64,000 nucleotides of DNA, taken from the NCBI RefSeq assembly GCF_006345805.1, contig NC_043006.1, forward strand, positions 72,044,001 to 72,108,000. The letters are read 5' to 3'. Made by a program: the position numbers and the translations under genes. Every line of letters starts with the position of its first letter. Positions within the stretch are counted from its first letter, which is position 1. The notes beneath the pieces are model-generated. The model was not told where the DNA came from, did not search any database, and was given only the letters and a program-made list of their open reading frames with translations. The stretch is from Octopus sinensis. Its lineage: Eukaryota. Of the stretch, positions 56,701-64,000 are shown in pieces.

Positions 56701-59700
56701 TAGATTTGATTAAACCTTGACCATGATATTACCCCTATTTCTCAATGATTCACACTGACTTCCATCTTACTCATGACCATAAAGCTACTTTTATCTCTTG
56801 ATGTATTTTCTTTTCACTCTCCTAATTGACCATAATGTTACTTGTCTTCTCTCAGCTGCTCTATCAAACAATTTTCCCACAGACTGGGGAATTACATCAT
56901 CATCATCATCATGGGTCCAGCACGCTTCCACTGTGTGTATAACAAAACACAATAAAGTGCATAATATATAATTTAATTACAATATATATAATACATATAT
57001 AATGCAAAAGCACCCTGCAGACTGCAATAGTCAATAAAATAGAAACAAGATTTTAAAATATACTCTTTCTGGGCAGCCGGTACCCAATAATCTGCAGTCC
57101 TTTACTGCTTAGTGGTCTGGTGATTGGAGATCCCTGTTTTTCAGCATTTCTGTCTCAAACTAGAATTGGGTTTATCATTGAAGGGAGGTAACTGACACTG
57201 ATATTTTATACTTGTTATAACTACACTTCATTAAAATGTCAAATAATGTTATCTATTCTGTTTTTATTTACTTTAATGTTTCCTTTAATATCTTCTGTGG
57301 CTACATTTAGGTATTACCGTAAATCTTTGAGTATAATCTGCATTTTATCCCCAACATTTAAAGGTCAAAATCCCTAGTGCATACTATATACAAGGTTAAA
57401 AATGAAAAATATTTTCTAAGCAATGTCCGAGTCTCTATTTGCTGTTCAGCAATGTTTATTCTGAGGCATTTTGTGATGTCGGGCGTGAAAATACCTTAAG
57501 CTAAGCCTGAAAGCAATGAAGTCATAAAAGAATCATCCATAATTTGCAGTAAGCAACATTTATTAAAATAAAAGTATTCAGAACACAGAATAACATGTAA
57601 CAAAAACAATTTGCAAACATTTACATTCCCATATAACAGTTAAGAACATCACCATTATTGTATTACACATGCACGGAAGTATTTGTTCAACTAGGTGTTG
57701 CTGGCTTTATTATGCACGAATTGTGATTAATAGTTTAGCGCTAAATAGTGTTTGTATTGGTAGTTTGCATCATTACCGTGGCAAACAATAGATACTTAAT
57801 TAAATACCAGTATTAAATGTTTGAACTTCTGTGGGTCTTTACTAGGGTTTTTTACAAGCGCGACTTAAATCTGTACATTAATCTCCAATAAAACATTTTA
57901 TACATTACATGCCCATAAAATGCCTCGGAGATCTTATTCAGCTATGTTTAAACTTGAAGTTATATCATATGCTGAAGAGCATGGTAATAGAGCCACAGAA
58001 AGAAAATTTAATGTTGACGAAAGCAATGTCTGGTTATGGAGAAGAAATAAAGATGAAATTAAACAGATGCCAAAGATAAAGAAGGCAATAATAAAGGACG
58101 TTACCGTATACATTTTTACAAACCAAGGACGTTACATAGACCTCCTTGACTCAAGTTAGAGAAGGGGTGCATATTATACACAAGGTTTAGGTTTTTCAGA
58201 GGCACAGCCCCCTAAAAATCCCCTGCGTATTATATTCAAGGGCAGACTATACTCGAGGATTTACAGTATATTTCCTTATATACACAAAAGATTCCTACAC
58301 TAAGATATATGTAGAAATATATCTTCTAAAGCCAATGTGGAGTTAGTTGTATTTATTAGCTTGTCAGTTAAATTGCCTATTAAAATGTATTTATTCAAAT
58401 ATAGATCTATTAATTATGTTGTTTGTTCCATCTTTTGCAAAAGGTAAATTGAAGTCAATTGGAATTTCAAATTATCAAAAGCATCATCTGGAAGAACTTC
58501 TACAAGATTCTTCTGTGAAACCAGCAGTTCTTCAGGTATTTCATTACTTGATCGCTACTTATAATTCATTTTCATTCCAGCTCTTTATATTTTCTCAGTT
58601 AAAGAATAGGGGAGAAGGGAGATAAATATATATTGTTGCATTTCGGGATGGTAATTTCTTTTTTTTTTGCCAAATAAACACATGCACTATATATTCTTTC
58701 TTCACTCATTTGTCACTGTTGTTATTCTAACTCATGTCCATTGTCTGGAAATCTTTCGTTACACATATGTAACCTCCTCAGCGATACTTTTCATCTTCAT
58801 GTGTACTCTTGCTCTGCTTATTCCATTCCAAAAATATAGTTTGTTGAATATTATCACCCTTGCTTTCAGAAATACTTTAAAAAAAAAAAGAAAGACAATA
58901 TTTTTCACAGCATGCATCATCACCATCATAATGCTCATCTTTTCATGCTTGTGTGGATTGGACGGAATTTATTGAGGTGGATTTTCTATAGCCAGATGCT
59001 CATCCTGTTATATTATCATCATCATCATCATTTAACATCCTCCTTCCATGATGGCATGAGTTGGATGGTTTAATAGGAGCTGGCTTAACAGAAGACTGCA
59101 CCAAGCTCTGCTGTCTCTTTTGGCATGGTTTCTACATTTGAGTACCCTTCCTAATGCCAACCACTTTACAGAATGTACTGAGTGCTTCATACATGGCACC
59201 AGCAGCAGTGAGGTCACCAAATCAAGTAACTTGCAAGATAAGACCCCCTTAGCTAAGTGGGAAGTAGTATTGAGAGAGATAGGTTTCTGCTGGGTGATGA
59301 GAGATTAGACATGAAACGAGGGACAGAAAGAGGTGTCTTGTAAAGAAGATACATGACCAGCTCAAGAGACAGAAGATGGTGAAGATGAGGTAGTGGGTAC
59401 ATTCAAGTGGGTACAGGGAGGTATATATATATATATCATCATCCTCATCATCATTTAGCGCCATTGTCCATGCTGGCATGGGTAGGATGGTTTGACCAGG
59501 GCTGGCAAGGTGGAAGGCTACAGCAGTCTCCAGTCTGATTTGGCATGGTTTCTATAGCTGGATACTCTTCCTAATGCCAGCCACTCTGAGAGTGTAATGG
59601 TTGCTTTTACAACTGGCTTGATGGATCTTCTTCTCAAGCTAGGCACAATGCGAAGATCTTAGTCATTCGTCATTGCCTCTTTGAGGCCCAACACTCAAAA

Positions 59701-62700
59701 GGAGTTTTTCTTGTGCCAGCGACATTGGCCACATTGCCTCCATGATGCCCAACGCTCAAAAGGTGCTTTTTATGTGCCAGCTACATGACAACAGCATTGG
59801 CCATGTCTGTAATTTCAGTTGGCTTGATAGGTCTTCTCAACCACAGCATATCACCAAAGGTCTTGGTTACTAGTCATTGCCTTTGTAAGGCCCAAAATAC
59901 AAAGATCATGCTTCAGTACCTCCTCCCATGCCTTCCTGACTCTGCCTCTACTACAGGTTCTGTTCACAGTTAGAGATCGGCACCTCTTTACACAACTGTC
60001 CTCTTCCATATGCATCACATGACTATACCAATGCAGTCATCTCTCTTGCACACCACATCTGATGCCTCTTATGCCCAGCTTTTCTCTCAAGATTCTTACA
60101 CTTTGTTGTACATAGACACTGACATTGCACATCCAGTGAAGCATATTGGCTTCATTTTGTCAAGCCTACACTTGTCCTTGGCTGTCACAGCCCATGTTTT
60201 ACTGCCTTGTAGCATAGCTGTTCACACATACAGGCATCATACAATCTGCATTTCACTCTGAAGGAGAGGTCCTTTGTTAACAGCTGAGGTAGGAACTCTC
60301 TGAACTTTGCTCAAAACTTCTCAATTAGGATGTCCATAAATCTCTGACTATATGAAGGGTTCTCAAGCTTCCAAATCCTTCTTTTCCATATTGGTCTCCT
60401 TCTTGGCATTCTTCTGGCCTGGAGTCTAAAATCACTAATGACTATTCTATGCTGGTGGGTACATTCCCCACCAAGGGGTGTGTGTGTATGCTGAGACCCC
60501 TTTCGGTCATGACTGACCATGGAGTTGCACCTAGAAAGTTACCCTCCCAGGCACAAGTTCGAGCAAGGTTGTTTATGGAAGAGCAGCAGTCACCCATGCA
60601 TACCGGCCTCCCCTCTCCACGCCACCAGGTTATCCAAGGGAAAGACAATGGCTGATACAGCTTGGCACCTGTGACGTCGCAACTCATTTCTACTGCTGAG
60701 TGAACTGGAGCAACATGAAATAAAGTGCTTGAATATAGCTTCATGAGAGCTTTGAATATGAAATGCAGTTTATTTGGGTAAAGAATTATTTGTACATATA
60801 TATATACATATATATATATATAGAGAGAGAAAAGCATTACCAAATGAGAATGTCAATACAGATATATATAACAAAGTATATATCTAAATAGTGTATGTAT
60901 GTATGTATGTATGGATGGACGGACGGACGGACAGAAAACAATGTAAATATTTTGGTTTCTATAATTGATGTAAATTTGTCTATAAAAATGGTTTATTCTT
61001 TATGTTTGATGCCTGTGCAGTCATCTGAAGAGAGCAGTAGGCACAAACCCCCCTACACAGAGTCTTGATATTCAATAATCAAATAATATTGTTGAACTAT
61101 ATCAAACTAGTAAGGTGCCTCAATTTAAGTACCTAATTCAACTGAATCTTAATTATATCTATACATGGTGTGATGGGTATATTGTTGCCATTTTATATTT
61201 TTAATTTCGTGCATGGGCATTGTTTGTTTTTGATTTTGTTGACTACACAGTATAGTAGGGTCAGTTGGGCACCATCTGTGAGAAAAACAGCACCATGACA
61301 TAATTTAGTCTGTCAGAAATTTGGAAACAACATGCTGTACTACATGGCATTTGTGCTGGAAGTGCCAATACAAACATTTCAGAGTGTTTGCATGTCAATC
61401 TGAAGACAGTGCAATTTGAGGACGTGTACCAAAAATGACAAAATTCAAACATCCAGTCAACATCATGGTGTTTGGAGTGATCACTTGTTATGGCAACGTT
61501 ATACCTCCATTCATTTTCCCACATAGCCTCACACTCAACATGGAGGCCTACATCAAGTGCCTGGAGGAGGTAGTGTTGCTCTGGGTGAAGAGGGTGACTG
61601 CTGGAAGACTATGTCTGGCAACAGGACTTTGCACCATGCTACACAAGCTGGAGAACCCAATCATGGCTGTCAGACAGTTTCTGCAACCACATCACCCCTA
61701 ACATCTAGCTACCTAACTCCCCAGACTGCTACCTCCTTGATTATTATGTGTGAGGTGCAGTTGAGCAAGAGACCAACAAAACTCATTGTAACACCAAAGA
61801 TGAACTGTTGGAAAGGATTTTGGCAACATTCACCAACTTAAACAAGGAAACCGTCCAGAAGAGTTGCAGGAGATTCTGAAGTCGTCTGGAGGCTGTGGTT
61901 GAAGCCAATGTCGATTTTATTGAATAAATTTACTGTATAGTATTTCAAGCAGCTCATGAAAGTGGACTAACAATACACACAATACATATGATGTTGCATA
62001 AGGAATTGAATTTTCGTCTGTGGAAATCCCATTACATGCTGGAGCTAAAACCTGAAGACCGCAGAAGTCCAGATCTCACTCAATGTGATTTTTACCTGTG
62101 GGGTTACACAAAAGAAGAGGTGTACTAGAAAAAATCTCACACACTAGAGGACTTGAAGATTCAGATGGTTCTCAATGATATCCCAGACGATGTCCTTCAA
62201 AAGGTTGTTCATTCCATCCCTGGCCATTTGAGGAAACTAGTTGATGCCACCGGTGCTTATGTTGAAATATGAAGACTTACTTTCATTTTCCCATATAATA
62301 AAGAACATGTGTCATTTGTTTCCATAAATTTGTAGAAAGAATATGGATTTTAATACCAATTTTTTATGCCTACTTACTTTTCACCCACCCTGTATATGTA
62401 GTTGTAGCGAGTACTGACTGACTGGTGACATGTAATAAGCACCATTTGAGCGTGGGTCATTACCAGTGCCACCTGATTGTCTCCTTATGCCAGTGGAATG
62501 TAAAAAGCACCATGCTGAAGTGATCAGTGCCAGTGCTTTCGACTGGCTCCCGTGCTGGTGGCATGTAAAAAGCACCCACTACACTCTCAGAGTGGTTGGC
62601 GTTAGGAAGTGCATCCAGCTGTAGAAACCTTGTCAGATCAGGCTGGAGCCTGGTGCAGCCTCCTGGCTTGCCAGTCCTCAGTCAAACCGGCCAACCCATG

Positions 62701-62739
62701 CCAGCATGGAAAGCAGACATTAAGCGATGAAAATGATGA

Positions 62740-62804
<65 letters not shown>

Positions 62805-63586
62805 ATATGTATATATATATATGCACATGTGCACACACACACACACCACACACACACACACACATGCATAGAAACATGAGTGTGTCTGTGTGAGTGTGTA
62901 GGATGTGTATGCATATGCATGTGTGCATGTATGTGTGTACATGTATGTGCATATGCATCAGTATTTATATTTTCACTGGTGTAGTTTATATATGTATGAT
63001 TTTTTATGTTCTGCAACTTAACAATTCAACAAATGGACATTGATAAATAAATACTTGATTGAAATAATTACAGGAGCCATGTGAGTACCTAAATCTTTGA
63101 CTCTGGTGCTTTAGTATGATCAAAAACTAAAATTTGAAATCAGTCAAAGCATAACAGAATCCACAAAAACAATAAATTTCAATAGTAATCTTGTCAAAAT
63201 ATTCTGGTTTTGATGACAATATTTATCCTTTTAAACTTTCCATTCAGATATTAAAATATTCTCATTAAACTTTACTCTATGTAGTGATTTGAAAAAAATA
63301 CAAAACAAACAAACCTAAAATCAACCAAAAATTTATGATAGAAGTATTTCTCTTTGTTTTAAAATAACCCCAGTACCACAACTACTACTATCATCACCAC
63401 CACCACCACTACTGCCATTACTACTTCCACCACTATCATTTTAAACTAACCATTTCTTATAATTAATTTTCTCTGTAGACTGAACATCATCCGCATCTGG
63501 TACAGCACGAAGTATGGAAGTTTTGTCAAGAGAATAACATACAATATCAAGCATATTCTTCACTTGGAGCATCAAAAGACAATATG
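50668..63586 (+). CDS. Aldo-keto reductase family protein (AKR5/YvgN/prostaglandin F synthase-like); 6 exons in window, 3' end beyond window
   Basis: Spliced ORF: [30 protein letters not shown] (Asp, Tyr), IFITSKL (Lys), DLYLIHWP (His), [15 protein letters not shown]; the complete AKR catalytic tetrad is present. Confidence 0.93.
52420..52500 (+). CDS. AKR exon 2: (L)[26 protein letters not shown](D)
   Basis: 81 nt, phase 1-1. Confidence 0.92.
53525..54320 (+). mobile_element. RTE LINE 3' fragment with 42-bp tandem array and tail
   Basis: [14 protein letters not shown]...CGRGRP remnant, then ~6 units of TGGGCCTCATGGAGGCAAAGTGGCTGAGTTCCTTTCAAGTGT, then the common tail. Confidence 0.8.
54547..54654 (+). 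CDS. AKR exon 3: (D)[12 protein letters not shown]...[11 protein letters not shown](G)
   Basis: 108 nt, phase 1-1. Confidence 0.93.
55140..55445 (-). mobile_element. tRNA-derived SINE (distinct body, CATCCCATCCAGG-type tail)
   Basis: Reverse complement has A box TGGCCTAGTGGTTAG and B box GGGTTCAAATC. Confidence 0.7.
55918..56145. mobile_element. Second TTAA MITE family (also 11646-12119 with SINE insert, ~32290-32590, ~46470-46670, ~53180-53370)
   Basis: TTAA|CCCTTTAG ... CTAAAGGG|TTAA termini and shared internal sequence. Confidence 0.8.
56465..56653 (+). CDS. AKR exon 4: (G)[34 protein letters not shown]...[10 protein letters not shown](G)
   Basis: 189 nt, phase 1-1. Confidence 0.94.
57317..58266 (+). 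mobile_element. pogo/Tigger-like non-autonomous DNA transposon with Brinker-type HTH ORF (57920-58159)
   Basis: TA|CCGTAAATCTTTGAGTATAATCTGC and GCAGACTATACTCGAGGATTTACAG|TA; [44 protein letters not shown]. Confidence 0.8.
58444..58535 (+). CDS. AKR exon 5: (G)[30 protein letters not shown]
   Basis: 92 nt, AAG acceptor, phase 1-0. Confidence 0.92.
59430..60330 (-). mobile_element. RTE LINE 3' fragment with tail
   Basis: Same sequence as 47270-48400, more degraded. Confidence 0.75.
61160..61960 (+). mobile_element. Degraded Tc1/mariner (maT-like) transposase
   Basis: [12 protein letters not shown]...VWQQDFAPC...[12 protein letters not shown] with frameshifts and stops; N-terminal HTH remnant at ~61300-61410. 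Confidence 0.75.
61990..62395 (+). mobile_element. Second mariner-like transposase C-terminal remnant with TIR
   Basis: [21 protein letters not shown]...[14 protein letters not shown]; ends CACCCACCCTG|TA. Confidence 0.75.
63479..63586 (+). CDS. AKR exon 6: [36 protein letters not shown]
   Basis: TGTAG| and |GTAAGT, 108 nt, phase 0-0; not in the ORF track. Confidence 0.92.
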
Positions 63587-64000
63587 GTAAGTTTCCTAAT
63601 CTTAGCACCACAAGCATATAATTGAAGCTTGCCTCTGATTGCTGGTTAGTACCAGGTATCACTGTTAGTGACTGGTCAGATTGATGTATAATATGTATAA
63701 TAGCCACTATTTGTACACTTCTTACTCTAACAATATTTACAAATGCATGTGTGTATATACACATGCATGCATGCATACACACACACACATACACGCAACA
63801 AACTTCATTTGGTTTCTGTTTACCAAATCCACTCACAAAGCTTTGGTCAGCATGGGGTTATAGCAAAAAATATTTGCCCAAAGTGTCACACTGGTATTGA
63901 ACCCAGAACCATGTGGTTGAGAAGCAAACTTCTTACCACACAGCCACACCTATATGACTATTCAAATTTACACAAACTATTGCATATATTAACATGAAAC

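Larger units (their letters stand above)
1690..62740. repeat. Dispersed family A (RTE-tail/SINE), ~25 copies: + at ~1690-2095, 3905-4090, 19965-20400, 20470-20600, 24480-24885, 31180-31410, 32900-33035, 35150-35410, 52570-52950, 62420-62740; - at ~2120-2350, 6125-6270, 7145-7530, 7965-8330, 11765-12015, 14905-14965, 17335-17870, 27130-27240, 31420-31560, 34870-35000, 59010-59230
   Basis: Shared core GTGGCAYGTAAAAAGCACCCACTACAC...GGAGTGGTTGGCRTTAGGAAGGGCATCCAGCTGTAGAAAC...CCATGCYAGCATGG...(GAT)n; boundaries approximate. Confidence 0.85.

Noticed and set aside
50668-63586. Horizontal transfer of a bacterial-like AKR5
   Set aside because: The gene has at least 5 spliceosomal introns and host-like composition, and AKR5-like genes are widespread in invertebrates; nothing here supports recent transfer.
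484-63997. The large majority of six-frame ORFs (CV/HT/YI-rich, or SINE-derived such as [14 protein letters not shown]...)
   Set aside because: They are translations of microsatellites or repeat copies, with no splice-consistent context or recognisable domains.

Overview
Eukaryotic, AT-rich, intron-rich genomic DNA, most likely from an octopus or other coleoid cephalopod (inferred from the SINE/MITE repertoire and microsatellite load, not proven). Two protein-coding genes lie on the + strand. (1) The 3' part of TRRAP (Tra1/Nipped-A, PIKK pseudokinase): 28 coding exons from <1 to the stop at 35624, covering FAT, pseudo-PI3K and FATC regions. All phases are consistent, with one anomalous splice acceptor at 14033/14045. 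(2) An aldo-keto reductase (AKR5/YvgN/prostaglandin-F-synthase-like): 6 exons from 50668 to 63586, continuing past the window. The rest is introns and intergenic DNA packed with an RTE-LINE-tail repeat, several tRNA-derived SINE families, TA- and TTAA-flanked MITEs, Tc1/mariner and pogo-like remnants, a Gypsy-like pol fragment and micro/minisatellites. Best leads: an AA where orthology predicts an AG acceptor (candidate A-to-I-created splice site), a ~110-aa S/T-P- and Q/A-rich TRRAP insertion including a skippable exon, a candidate microexon, and several long dsRNA-forming palindromes. All comparisons to human/yeast TRRAP are from recalled sequence and need a real alignment.
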